Positions 27,652 to 39,909 are shown, counted from the stretch's first letter. The stretch: 64,000 nt of DNA from a candidate division FCPU426 bacterium (GCA_963847625.1 CAWKAR010000025.1:64001-128000); one strand, 5' to 3'. Made by a program: numbers and translations. Notes: generated by a model from the sequence alone, not told the origin.

Positions 27652-30007
27652 TCTCGATTTTCTTGTCGTAAACAAGGATATTCACTTTGTCCGCGCGGCC
27701 CTGGGAATCCAGCACCGATACTTCCCATTTCCCCTGTTCCGGGCTCCAGAAGAAAAGCTTATCCGGCTTTCCTTGCGCGATGAGCCGGCCATTCACGAAC
27801 CAGTAAACCTGGTCCACGTCGGGGCCGGCCTGGACCGATAACGTCATCCGCTGGCTTTCCAGGGGTATCCCCTGCTGGATCTCGTATTTCCCCTCGGATT
27901 TGGGCGATTGGATATGGGGCGTGAAGCGGGAGAAGAAATAAGCGCAATCCGGATTATGCCGGGGGATGGCCTCGAATTTTTTCCCGTGGCTCCTGAGATA
28001 CCGCGTCACGTCCGGTGGCCAGATCTCGAAAATTTTGGAGTAGTATTCCTCTGGCTTGCCCGTCATGCAATAACGGCAAACTTCCTTTCCGTCTTTTTTC
28101 CTGATCCAAACCCTTCGGTGGACCTGGCAGGGATGGTTGTCGCTGACGGCCGGGATGAACATATCCTCGATCACGTCCTTGCAATCGTCTCCGGCCGGCT
28201 GGCCCGAGAGGGCGCATATTTTGCGGAATTGGACTCCCGGCGGCCTCTGGAACCAGGAGTCATTGGAGCGGGTCAAGGCGTTGAAGAGATTGATGACCAC
28301 CGGGGCCGCGGCGTCGTGGCCGATCAAGGCGGGAGACCCCTGGTTATCCGTGTTGCCGAGCCAGACCCCGATGGTGTAATCCGGGTTATAGCCGACGCAC
28401 CAGGCGTCCCGGTGGCCGAAGGAGGTGCCGGTTTTAAAGGCCACCTTTCCGCGGGTGGGTGAAAATTCCCAGGAAGCGGGAATATCCGTTCTTTCCACCT
28501 TGGCCAGCATTTCGGAAATCATGTAGCTGGATTCCCGGGAAAGCACTTCCTTTCCCTTCTCCGGGCCTTGGGTTTCATCCTCAAAAAATCTCAGGCTTCT
28601 CATCTTCCCGCCGTTGGCCAGGGCCGCGTAAATCCGGACCATTTCCTCCACCGTCATGGGATAGGCCCCTAAAACCACCGACAGACCCGGTTCCAACTGG
28701 CCCCTTTCCCGCCCGATACAGCCGGCTTCCTTGATCCAAAATTCCAGGCCGTCGTTTCCTATGGATTCCAGGCTTGATTCCAACCCCACCGCGGGAATGT
28801 TCAAGGAGCGGGCCAAGGCGTCTTCCGCCGGAATGAGCCCCCCGTACTTCCCCTCGTAATTGGCCGGTTTAAAGCCGCCGTAATCGCGCGGGATATCGAA
28901 AAGCGTGGTCTTGGGTGTGATCAACCCGTGGTCCATCGCCAAGCCATACAGGAAAGGTTTCAAGGCCGATCCCGGGGAGCGGGGAATGTTGGCGCCGTTT
29001 ACCTGCCCACCCCTGGGGTCGTGGAAATCCGGGCTTCCCACGTAAGCCACCACTTTCATCGTGTGGTTGTCCACCATGATGACCGCGCCGTTATGGACCC
29101 CCTGGTTTCTGATGGGCGCTATGGCGCCTTCCAGCATTTTCAAGGCCAATCCCTGTAAATTGGGTTGGAGGGCCAGCTGGACCACTCCCGGGGCATGGCT
29201 GGATAGATGGGCCGCTCGAGCCACCAAATGGGGAGCCGGATTGGGATTCAAGTACCGGCCTTTGGGCAGGATGGAATGGAAAGCTTCCTCCGCCTCGATT
29301 TGGGGTGGCTTCACGATGGGAAGGATTTGCCCAAGGACCTTGTCCCTTCCCTCCCTCGCCTTTTCGGGGAACCGGTCGGGACGCCGCGCCGCGGGCGACC
29401 GGGGAAGGCTGATCAAAAGCGCGGTTTCACCCCAGGAAAGGAGCTTGGCCGGCTTGCCGAAATAAAGAAGCGACGCCGCACCCACCCCCTCGATGTTGCC
29501 CCCCATGGGAACGCTGTTCAGGTAGAACTCGAGGATCTGTTTCTTGGAATAGCGGGCCTCCAACTGCATGGCCCGGAAAGTCTCGATTCCCTTGGCCCAG
29601 AAGGTCCGGGGCCTGCGGTCCATCAGCTTGGCCACCTGCATGGTAATGGTGGAAGCCCCCGAGAGGATTTTATGGCGGGTCAAATTCAGGACGAGGGCCC
29701 GGACCAATGCCGCCGGATTCACCCCGTAATGCCAGTAAAACCACCGGTCCTCGTAGGCCATAAAACCCCGGATGACCTGGGGTGAAATTTCATCCAGTTT
29801 CAAGGGAAGGCGGTACTTGCCACTTTTGGAAAGGGTGAGCCGCAATAGGCTTCCGTCGGAGGCCAGGTAGGCCGTGGAATAGTCGCCGTGAAGTTTCTTA
29901 ACCGGAAGGGGCACAAGACGGAGAAGGACGTAAAACCCGGCCAGGCACAACAAAAAACGGAGGATGAACCGTTTGTGATTGCTAAAGGGCCATTTCATAG
30001 TTTGCAT
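27638..30007 (-). CDS. pbpC: Penicillin-binding protein 1C
   Basis: EDRWFYWHYGVN and GASTITMQVA (GT51); GSALKPF, SLN and KTGTSFGHRDAW (transpeptidase); C-terminal VYWFVNG domain; downstream of A2M. Confidence 0.93.
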   Translation of the reverse strand: MQTMKWPFSNHKRFILRFLLCLAGFYVLLRLVPLPVKKLHGDYSTAYLASDGSLLRLTLSKSGKYRLPLKLDEISPQVIRGFMAYEDRWFYWHYGVNPAALVRALVLNLTRHKILSGASTITMQVAKLMDRRPRTFWAKGIETFRAMQLEARYSKKQILEFYLNSVPMGGNIEGVGAASLLYFGKPAKLLSWGETALLISLPRSPAARRPDRFPEKAREGRDKVLGQILPIVKPPQIEAEEAFHSILPKGRYLNPNPAPHLVARAAHLSSHAPGVVQLALQPNLQGLALKMLEGAIAPIRNQGVHNGAVIMVDNHTMKVVAYVGSPDFHDPRGGQVNGANIPRSPGSALKPFLYGLAMDHGLITPKTTLFDIPRDYGGFKPANYEGKYGGLIPAEDALARSLNIPAVGLESSLESIGNDGLEFWIKEAGCIGRERGQLEPGLSVVLGAYPMTVEEMVRIYAALANGGKMRSLRFFEDETQGPEKGKEVLSRESSYMISEMLAKVERTDIPASWEFSPTRGKVAFKTGTSFGHRDAWCVGYNPDYTIGVWLGNTDNQGSPALIGHDAAAPVVINLFNALTRSNDSWFQRPPGVQFRKICALSGQPAGDDCKDVIEDMFIPAVSDNHPCQVHRRVWIRKKDGKEVCRYCMTGKPEEYYSKIFEIWPPDVTRYLRSHGKKFEAIPRHNPDCAYFFSRFTPHIQSPKSEGKYEIQQGIPLESQRMTLSVQAGPDVDQVYWFVNGRLIAQGKPDKLFFWSPEQGKWEVSVLDSQGRADKVNILVYDKKIENEKK

Positions 30008-30253
30008 TACAGCGTTTTTTTATGGGACAGGCTATCCTTTTTTCCCAATAGTTGTTAAATGAGCAATCCGCATATTACAGGGACAAGGAAATAACGTGCT
30101 TTGCCGCATTGACCTAACAGTTGAGATTCGCAAAGCTTTAAACAATATTTAGTGGACAAAGTAAAGTGCTCGAAATAAATCGTCTTTAAGCTTTGATGAT
30201 TCTTCTAATACGCCTACCCGTCTCGGACAAGTCCAAAATTCAATTCCCTCAAT

Positions 30254-30816
30254 TTAGTTCTCTTTTATCACAACAATAGTCCCTATCTTGCAATAAGTTT
30301 TAATTTCATCTATTTCTTCGTTTGTGACGGCAATACATCCCTTTGTCCAATCAATAAAATGATGCAAGAAACCTAACCATCCGAGACCCTTCTTGAGTCC
30401 ATGAATGCCTACAATGCCGCCTAATTTTGTATCACTCGGTGGAATTTTATGACTCTGTTGGGCTTTTATAATATTTCCAAATTCATTTTGATGAATAACT
30501 CCATCGTGAAAACCTTTCAGGGCATCCGCTTCATTGGGATAACTGAGATAAATAAAAAAATGAAAATCGCTGGTATTGTTCATCGCAACAACTCTATACA
30601 CCCCAACAGGCGTTTTATTGTCACCGGCAACTTGTTTGGCACCAGCGCCTCCTTTGCCAATCGAACACTTGTATTGTTTAAAAATTTGGCCGCCTTTTTT
30701 ACTTTAAGGGCATGTTCCGATTTAATGATTTCTAAAGAAAAATCCTTGGCGTAAATCAATCCATCAACTGAGTGTAAGAAAATTGAAAAGAAGAAAATAA
30801 ATTTAAGATATTTCAT
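30254..30816 (-). pseudogene. L,D-transpeptidase (YkuD family), frameshifted at T6 30695-30700
   Basis: Adding one base gives signal peptide...KQVAGDNKTPVGVYRV...LSYPN...GIHG...WTKGCIAV. Confidence 0.85.
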
Positions 30817-30853
30817 GGATGGTATTTTCAAGTTGGTATTTTTAGGGGCGCTT

Positions 30854-33800
30854 TTAATATTTCGCGGGAGCAATATTAAGCGTTTGGCCCTCGTTGGATC
30901 GCCCGAAGATTTCAGGGTCGTACATGGCTTCGGCCTCCAAACCAGGCACCTGGAACGATCCGGGCGTGACCGCCCGGACGCTGTAGGAGAAGGTCTGGTC
31001 CCCGTCCACGTCCTTCGAGAAGAGAAGAACCCGGTCATCCCTGAAATCCTGGAAGACCGGCGAGAAGCTGCATTCCGGCTCGAACGAAAGGTTGCCCCGC
31101 GAGGAAAGGCGCGGATTGTCCACCTCGAACCCGGCCGGCAGGAGATCCACCACCACCAGGTTGTCCAGCGGCTTGGTGCACTTCACGCGCAAGGTCACCA
31201 CCACCAATTGGCCCTGGGAAATCGACCCCAGGTTGATGGTATTCCCGTTCTCATCCCTGTACTCGCGGCTGACGGTCAGGCCATTCGCGACCGATTCCTT
31301 TTCCGATTTCAGCTTGGTGCCCTCGGCCATGAGATGGTAATAAAGGTCGCGGTCGCCGGTATTCTTCAGGTCAACGTCCTTGCCCGAAATCTTCTCGTCC
31401 TTCACCACCGCCGTCTCCCCGCTCAATTCGGCGGGGGCTTCCCCCTTCACGGACCATTGGGCGCTCAAGGGATAGTTCTGGGTGGTGGCCCGGACCGCCT
31501 TCCCAACAGCCATGAAACAGAGGGCGTCCTCCTGGGTCGTGCCGTACCAGCCGTGCCCGAATTCCTTCAGCTTCTTGCCGAACTCGATGATGAGCTTGGG
31601 GATCTCCGGGTTCTTGGGGTCCGCCTCGGTCATGGCCAAAAGGTAAAGGGCCATTTCCCGGTTGGGGGAGAACCAATCCCCGTTCATCAACCGGGCCAGG
31701 CTGGTGGGAAGGTAATGCGCGGGAAGAAGGGATAGGGCGGTCGTGCGATCGCCCAGCGCGGAATAGGCCCGGGACAGGTAACAGCGCTCGCTCAACCGGC
31801 GCGCCTTCGGGTCCTGCATCTGGTCCTTCATGGCGGCCATCGACTCGGGATCGGGCCGGTCGGCCAGGACTTTCAGGTAAAGCACGTAGGCGCTGTCCCC
31901 GATCTCGACGTTTTGCTTTCGGCGGTCCAGCCTCCCACCCCCTTGCCGGTGACCTTGATGGCCCCAAGCCGGTTCATGATCCTATCCAGGACATTCTCGT
32001 TGACCTGGTAGCCCTGCTTTTTCGCCGTGAGCAGGAATTCGGAGACGTAATTGGACAAGTATTCCCCGCCGCCCTCCTCCTGGCCTGGCCAGAGCGCGAA
32101 GTCCCCGTCGGACAACTGCATCTTGCCCAGGTCGTCAATGGCGTCCTGCACGTACATTTCCACCGCGTTGGCCCTTCCGCTGAAACGCCCCGTCAAAAGG
32201 CCCATATCCTTGAAGAAAAGAAGAGGGAAAGCCTGTGAGGTCCTCTGCTCGGCACAGCCATAGGGGTAATGGATGAGGTAATCCATGCTCCCCAGGAACG
32301 TCAACAAGGGGCTGGAAGAAACCGTCATGCGGACCTTTTGTCCTTGCCGGATGAAGCCGCCGGGAACCGACAGGACCTGGGTCCCGCCCGCCCCCAACTG
32401 GCCGAAGCTGATTTGCGTCGTCAAGGGATTGCCGGGCCTCACCGCCAGCTCGGTTTCCACGTCGAAATCGTTTCCATCCTCATCCGTGGCGGTCACCTTG
32501 AAATGCGCCACGCCAGCGTCCATTTGGGCCTTGGCGTGGAACAGGATCTGTTTTTGCCCCTCCTCGCCCAGGCTGATATCCTGTTTTTTCTCGCCGTCGA
32601 CCGCGACGGGACCGCTGGCGGAGAGGCTGACCTTGATGCTCTGGGGTTTCTTCGTGTTGTTATAGACCAGGACCGGCATGTCAATGTGGTCCCCGGGCGC
32701 GAGAAACCGGGGAAAGGACGGCTCCACCACCACCGGATCCGCCACCTTCACGTGGAAGGCGGAAGCCCCGAATTTATTCGCCTGCACTCCCAGGGCCATG
32801 ACCCTTACTTCCCCGTGGAACTTGTCCGTCGGGAAGTGGTAGCTGACCTTCCCCTCCTTGTCCGCCGTCAGGATGCCGGAGAAGAGGGCGAAGGATTTCA
32901 CCCGTTTGGCTTCGATGGGGTTCAAATGGCGGAATTGGAAGGATTCACCCTCGTCCCCGCCCACCGCGTCCTTGCGGTCCAGGTCGGGAAGGATGTCCTC
33001 GAACAAGCTCAAGGTGGAGGTCGTGAGGCCCCGCTTGCGGTAGAAATACTTGAAGGGGTCGGGCGTGGTGAAAGCGATGATCTGGAGGATTCCCTCGTCC
33101 ACCGCGGCCAGGACCACGCTGGCCCCCGGCGTGCCGGTGGACAGGTTCACGTCGATGCCGTCCTTGGACTTTACGGACTCGGGCGCTTCCCACTTGAAGT
33201 CGATCTCATGGCTGGTGGTGTCCATCGCCAGGGTCGCGATCCCGAAGGAAGCCATCGGCATGGTCCTTAATTCCTCATTGGGCTTGCGCACCAGGAGCCC
33301 CACCACGTAGGCGTTGGGCATGTAGGCGGTCTCGACCGGGGGAAGGCTCAGCACGTTGAGCCCCGCCGCAACCGGCACCGTCGAGGTGTAAAAAACCCTC
33401 TCCCGTTCGATGGAAAGGATCAGCCTTCCGGCGAAGGGCGCGCGCACTTCCAGCTTGGGGATCTCGCCGGACTGGTATTGGGTCTTGTCGAGGTTGAGGG
33501 ACAGCTTGTCCGGCTCGCCCAGGTCGGCGGATTCCTGCTGGTTCTCCTCTTTTTCCTCGGGTCCGGACACCGCCACCATGACGGAACTGCGCATGGACTC
33601 CTCGTTGCCCAGGTAGATGGTGTATTCCCCCGGCTTATCCGGCGTGAAGGTGTAGGAACCCTTTCCGTCCACGTTGACTTCTTTGCCGTCCACCACCTGC
33701 TCGTAATAGGCCGACTCGTAGCCGCGTCCGGACCATCCGCTCCGCCTGAAAATGGAATACCAGACTTTGCGCTTGACGAGAAGGATGGCTTTTTCCACCT

Positions 33801-36800
33801 TGGTCGGGTCGCCGTCCGGGGTGATGGCCACGTACTTGATGTGGACTTCCTTATTGGGGGCCGATTCCTTACCTTCCTCGCACTTGAGGCCCAGGTAATA
33901 GGGATAGCGGTGGACCCGGATGGCGGCGTTGGCGCCGACGGGCCTCCCCCCGGTGTCCAACACCTCGGCATAGACCTCAGCCTGGAGCATGGAAGGAGGA
34001 AGCATGGAGATGGGCACGGGTAATTGCACGTCAAAATTGCCCGCCGCGTCCGTCGACCCGTCCGGGACCTTCAAACTTTCGCCCGTGAACTGCCGGGTGG
34101 GGTCGGAAAAATGGTAGCTTTTCCATTTCTTGTCCGTGAATTCAATCGGGCTCAATTGGACGGCGGTTCGCACCTTCAGGCTCACGCCCGGCGCCCCGAA
34201 GAGCTGGCGCACCGCGACCCGGAAGGAGAGTTGCTCCCCGGGATTGGCGGTTTTCTTGGCGGGACGCACCTCGACCTTGATCTTGTTGGGGATGAATTCC
34301 TCCACCTTAATGGAGGTGGACGCCAGGTGGACCCCGTTCTCCAGTCCCAGCTCGACGTTCAGCATGCCGGTGGTGATGTCCTCCTTAATGGGAAAATTGA
34401 AGGTCGCCATGCCGTAGTCATGGAGTTTGGCGGTGAGTTTGGCCACCTGGTTCCCGTTTTCATCCTTGATGACGAGGTTCACGGGAAGGTCCTCGGGGAT
34501 ATCCAGGTCCGCCCGCCTCACGACCGCCGTGAAATTGGCCTTGTCCCCGGGGCGGTAAAGGCCCCGGTCCGAGGTCAGGAACGCGTCCCATCCGGTGGAT
34601 TGGAAAGGATCCCCGCTCACGTCGAAGCGCGATTGGTTCAAGGCCGGCTGGTCCAGGCGGAGGTAGGACCAATCGTCCCCCAATTGGGCCACGACGACAT
34701 AGGCGTTGAAATGGTAGGGGTTGTTCTTCCAGTCCTTGAACCAGACCCGTCCCTCGGGATCCGTTTCCTTTTCCTGGATGACCTGGTTAGTGTCGGAAAT
34801 CAGCTGTAATTTCACCCCAACCGCCGGGGTCAGCCTGGAGATGGAAAGCACCTGCACCAAAAGGTCGTCGCCCGAGTACTTCAGCATCATGCCCAGGTCG
34901 GTGCAAAGGAAGGAACGGGAGTCCCGTCCGCCGCCGTTGGCTCCGTTCAGGGAAACCACGAATAGCCCCTTATAAGGCTGGCTGTGCCATTGGCTGAAAT
35001 CCAGGTCCGTTTCCGTTTCCTGGTTGATCTGCCCTTCGTTCACCTTCACGTTTCCGCCCCAGACATGGGCGCCCAACCCCGCGGTCGAGCCAGAATCGGA
35101 CTGGTAGTTATTCTCGCTGGGTTCGTCCCCTTCACCCTCATCCTCGTCCTCTTCCTGTTGCCGCTGGAAATAAGCGCGGCGCTGGGGCCGGCGGTAAGAG
35201 TGCCGGTAGTAGTAGTTGGGGTAACTGCGCCAGTTCTTCAGGAAATCGACGATGTTGTTGCGGAACACTTTTTCGACGCCGACGGAATAATTGTCCAGGT
35301 TCATGGTTTTAACCGAGACAATCTTTTTTCCCTCCAGAGGGATCAACCGCCCGTTATCGCCGAAACGCACGTAGGGCTCGATATCTTCCAGACGGATATC
35401 CTGGTCGCTGGCATGCTCCAGGATTTCCCCGGAAATGGCGCGCAGGCCCTCCTTCACGTGGATTTTGTAGTTGATGTTGGGTTGGAAATCCGCTTTCAAG
35501 ACGGCGTAGCAATATTCCGTATCCACCTTGAAGGGAATCGCCGGTTCGATGGACACGTTGTTGCGCACTTGGGAGGAAGAAGCCGGAAGCGTGAACAGGA
35601 TGGAGATCAGCGTGTTTCCCGGAACATGGTGGAGCTTGATCCCCTCCACCAGCATCTTGGGCTTGGCGGGAAGGGTGATGGTGCTTTGGTACTTGTCGGC
35701 CAGGGGCTTCCCGCAATCCACGCAGGACAAGCCCGCCGCCACGGTTACCGTCAGGGTCTGGGGTTCGGTTTCACGCACCAGCCCCCCCGCCTTGAAGAAA
35801 AACCGCGTGGGAAGGGTTCCCTGTTCCAGCTCGTAGTTCAGGGAGCTTCCCGCCCGGGATACGGAAAGGCTCTGTTTGAGCAGGTTCATGTCCACCGGAT
35901 AGTTGAACTCGATCTCGCCCACCAGCTCTTTTTCCGTTCCCTTGATGAGGTCGTAGGTATAGAAAAGCCGGCTGGAAACCACCTTCATGGCTTCGGTCGA
36001 AAAAGTGGTATTGGAGCTTTTTTCCAGGAAAAATTGTTTCGAGGAAAGCTTACCCGAGACGTTCAAGTGCACCTGGTAAGTGGTGGCGGGTTTCAGGGGA
36101 GCCGCGGGGGTGAAAACCAGGGTCGTGGAATCCTCCAGGCGGCTGGTTCCGGGCAGGGGGGGTGTAATCTCGAACGCGGAGTCCAAGGCGCTGATGACTT
36201 GGACGTCCCCGGAGAATTTGGCCCGGATGACCGTATTGGCCGAGGTCACCATTCCCCGGGGGGTAAAACTGATGATATGGGTGGTGAAAGTATTATAGAT
36301 CAAAAGATAAATCAGCCAGGCCGCGGCCAGGCACGCCAATATTAGGGCGGCCTTCCGGGCCAGGGGTTTCTTGGATAACTTCAATACGCTTTCCCCGCCT
36401 TTGGCTCCTTTTTGCTTGAGGAATCGGGCCGCCTTCTGGAAAAAAGGGCTTTGCCGCAGAATTTTCCATTTGGAACGCCAATCCAGGTCCGGCAATCCGT
36501 CCTTCTTGGCGATTTTTTCCGAAATTCCATAAGACTCGTAAAGACGGGTCAGATAGATAATCAATACTTGCAGGGACCAAGCCGGGTTTCTTTTGAGGAG
36601 GGCGAAAGGGATGGGGAGAAGGGCGTAGAGCCAGATCCAAGCCCGGAGGTTGCGGTGCTTCGTTTCCCGCATCCTTTCCCAAAACACCAGGAACAGCCCG
36701 GAAAGGATGAGGTGCAGCGCCAGCATCCAATTGTTTCTCTCGAAAAAATAGGGGGAATAAAAAGGGTTCATGAGGAACGTCAACCCGCCTACGGTGTAAA

Positions 36801-37836
36801 AAGCGAGAGCGCGGATGAAGGTTTGGGGTAATTTCAGGATTTGGGATCGGACCTGGGCGGTTAAAACCGTCAGGACGAGGATAACCATCGGGATGATCAG
36901 GGAACCGGTCTGGTTTTGAATGTAAATAAATCCCAAGAGCGAACCCAGGCTCAGGAAAACTTCCTTCGCGTGGGGTTTCAGCCAGGGATTCCAGCCCCAG
37001 AGCAAACCCAAAACCAGGATTTGGAAGGGCCAGCCGAAATTACCATGGAAGAAGTAATAATATGGAAGCATCGGGACAACGGCGAAAAGCGATAGATAAA
37101 GCCGCCCCCGGGTGGCATTCGCTTCCTTCAACTTTTCCCACAAAAGAAAAACCAGGGCCGAGAGCAGGAAATGGTGGATCAGGACGACCGGACCCCACCC
37201 TTTAATGACCTGTTGAACCCCGCGGACCGTTTCAAAGATGGGAAGTTCCGGCCAGTAGCGGTAGATCCAGTCCGTGAAATAAAACAGGACAAAGGCTTTT
37301 AGGATTTCGGGGTCCCGGCGGAATAAGAACCGGCGCAGCAGGGGGGAGACGCCCCAGAAAATGATGGAAATCCAGTAAACGGGGGGAAGCCCCATGAGGC
37401 AAACCGCGAAGGCGGCCGCCGTGAATACCGGCGGAAGAATATTGGAGTGGAATTTTTCGAGCGCCCGGATTTTTTTCAAATCATCCCGGACCATCTCCCA
37501 TCCCAAAAGAATCGTGGAATACACCACCAGGGCCAGCGCCGTGATCCAGACAATCTTCAGGTGGGAGCTGCTCGTCGGGACCTTATCGAAAAATTTCGGG
37601 GTCAGAAAGGAAAAGATCATCATGAGGGAAAAACCCTCAACCGCCCGGAAAGGATACTTCAGGTAAATCTTGCGCAGGAGGCCGACCGCCATGAACAACG
37701 GCAGGAACAGCCACAAATTTTTATTTTGGATCAGGAGGACGGCATTGGGGTGGTTCATCCAATTGGGAATGATTGCGACAAGGGCGATTAGAACGGTGAT
37801 TCCAAACCAGGCGTTTAATATTTTCCTGGGAATCAT
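30854..37836 (-). CDS. Bacterial alpha-2-macroglobulin with a polytopic N-terminal domain; single frameshift at C5 31938-31942
   Basis: DRGLYRPGD, VEEFIP, AAVDEGIL, PRFLAPGD and thioester YPYGCAEQ. The C-terminal ORF has DLLPAGFE, RDDRV and AEAMYDP; one extra G joins the two ORFs. Confidence 0.92.
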
Positions 37837-37880
37837 AAAGCACCTCGCGGAACGGACAAACCGGCTTATATAATAAAGAG

Positions 37881-39017
37881 ATGAAACAAAAATTGATTTT
37901 CTGCAACCTTGTCATTCTTCTTGTCCTGGCCTCTCGGGTAGGTCACGGCCAGGAAAAAAACGCGTTCCTTTCGGTTCGTATCCTTGAAAGACTAAAACTG
38001 CAGGAATTGGAGGTTCAGTCCCCCGCGAATCATGGCGTTTGGAACCGAATCAAATTAGCACCGGGCCAAATGTCCGTCAACGACAAAGCACAAAAAGAGG
38101 CCTCCTGGGGCTCTCCGGATTCAACCGTTAAAATAAGGGCTTTAAATTTAAGGCGAATTTATCCTGGGATGATCGTCATCACAACGCAGGCCGGGGAAAA
38201 GGGTCCGGAACTGCTCATTTTAAACCAGGTCTTCCTGGGGGATTACACGGCTTGTGTCACGGCCTTTGAATCCGGTTATGACCCTTCCCAGCCGGAATAC
38301 TTGAAGGCGCTGGCGGCCATCATCCGCGCTTACGCCTCCTCACACCGCAAACGTCACGACTCCTATGATCTCTGCGACCTCTCCCATTGCCAAGTTTACC
38401 AAGGGCTCCCAAGCCATTTCAGTTTTTGGAAGCAAATGGCGGACGCAGGCACGTCATTCAGGTTTCCTTCATCAATAGATCCGAAATCCATTTATTTCCA
38501 CCGCTGTTGCGGAGGTGTTTTGGAGTCAGCGGACCAACTCTGGGGGGGAGCGCCTTCCGCCAGCCGGACGGGTCCAGATGAGTGGGATGGCAAAACCCTC
38601 TGCCAGGACGATCCTCTATTCCAGTGGACTTCCTCGACGGAGGTAAAAAACGTCGAGTCCGTCCTGAGAACCATGGCCCGTCTCCCTTCAGCGGCTGTCT
38701 TGAGAACATTCAGGGTCGATAAAAAAACAACTCATGGGCGGAACAAGGTATTGTCGGCGCGATTCCAAATGCCGGAAGGGGGAACCAGGGAAATCCGCGA
38801 AAATGCCATCCATTTCGAATCCGAATTCGGGAAACACTATGGCTGGCGCGTCTTTCCTAGTGATTTGTTCGGGATCAAACGGGAAGATGATATTTTCAAA
38901 TTTACCGGTCGGGGTCTTGGCCACGGTGTAGGGCTTTGCCAGTCCGGCGCCTTGAAACTGGCCCAATTGGGGTGGACCTGGGAAAAAATTCTTAACTTCT
39001 ATTTTCCTTCAAGGTGA
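37881..39017 (+). CDS. SpoIID/LytB domain protein (lytic-transglycosylase-like)
   Basis: EYLKALAAIIRAYA, YDLCDLSHCQVY, FHRCCGG, GRGLGHGVGLCQ and ILNFYFP motifs. Confidence 0.88.
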   Translation: MKQKLIFCNLVILLVLASRVGHGQEKNAFLSVRILERLKLQELEVQSPANHGVWNRIKLAPGQMSVNDKAQKEASWGSPDSTVKIRALNLRRIYPGMIVITTQAGEKGPELLILNQVFLGDYTACVTAFESGYDPSQPEYLKALAAIIRAYASSHRKRHDSYDLCDLSHCQVYQGLPSHFSFWKQMADAGTSFRFPSSIDPKSIYFHRCCGGVLESADQLWGGAPSASRTGPDEWDGKTLCQDDPLFQWTSSTEVKNVESVLRTMARLPSAAVLRTFRVDKKTTHGRNKVLSARFQMPEGGTREIRENAIHFESEFGKHYGWRVFPSDLFGIKREDDIFKFTGRGLGHGVGLCQSGALKLAQLGWTWEKILNFYFPSR

Positions 39018-39080
39018 CAACCATTCATGGCCGTCTTGAGGATCATAAATTTCCAGTTATGCACTTGGCCAAGCATATAT

Positions 39081-39661
39081 TCAGTCATTATTAGCCATTC
39101 TAATTTTTTTCTTCTCTTCCGCACGCCAGCGTTTGGAAACTTCCGCCTCGATGCCGACATGGTCGTAAACCCGGGCGATGACCGTATCCACAAGATCCTC
39201 AATGGTCTTGGGATTGCCGTAAAAGCTGGGAGTCGCCGGGATGACATGGGCGCCAGCCAGGGTGAGAAGTTCCATATTCTTGATTTGAATCAGGGATAGG
39301 GGTGTCTCCCGGGGAACCAATATCAGCTTACGGCGTTCTTTCAAGAACACCTCCCCAGAGCGGGTGATCAGGTTATCGGTAATGCCATGGGCCAGCTTCC
39401 CCAGGGTGGCGGTGGAGCAAGGAATGACCACCATGGCCTCAAATTTGTTGGAACCGCTGGCCGAGGGGGCTGTCAGGTCGTTTTCGCCCCATTCCCTCAC
39501 GTGGGGGGGAGGTTCAGCCCACCCTCATGGGACGCCACGATGCGGGCGGCGGAGGATACCACCGCGTGCACTTCCCAATCGTCATAGGGAAGGTGTTGGA
39601 AAAACCTTCTGGCATAGAGGGTCCCTGATGCGCCCGTCACCGCTACTAGGATCTTCTTCAT
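39081..39661 (-). pseudogene. ubiX: Flavin prenyltransferase UbiX, frameshifted at G7 39503-39509
   Basis: MKKILVAVTGASG in one frame; SASGS, PCS, LKERRKLILVPRETP and PSFY in another; G8 would restore the ORF. Confidence 0.9.
39112..39164 (-). repeat. Direct repeat within the ubiX 3' end (copy B)
   Basis: 51/53 identical to 26153-26205. Confidence 0.92.
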
Positions 39662-39909
39662 GAACAAACCAGTCCCAATTTAGTTTTGTTTGGCCGTCAT
39701 TGTGCCAATCATCCAAAAAAATTATGGTAAGTATCCCTTTACAACAAGTAATAGCAAAAAGACATGGAACCGCCGATCAAACCCGATGGACGCCGATAAG
39801 TTTGAGAAAGCCTTAAACTATAGCCGTTATCGGCACGTGCGGAGCACGTCGGTCGTTATCTGCGGTAAATAAATTTCTTTACGTGTCGTGAAGGTATAGT
39901 CACCTTTTT

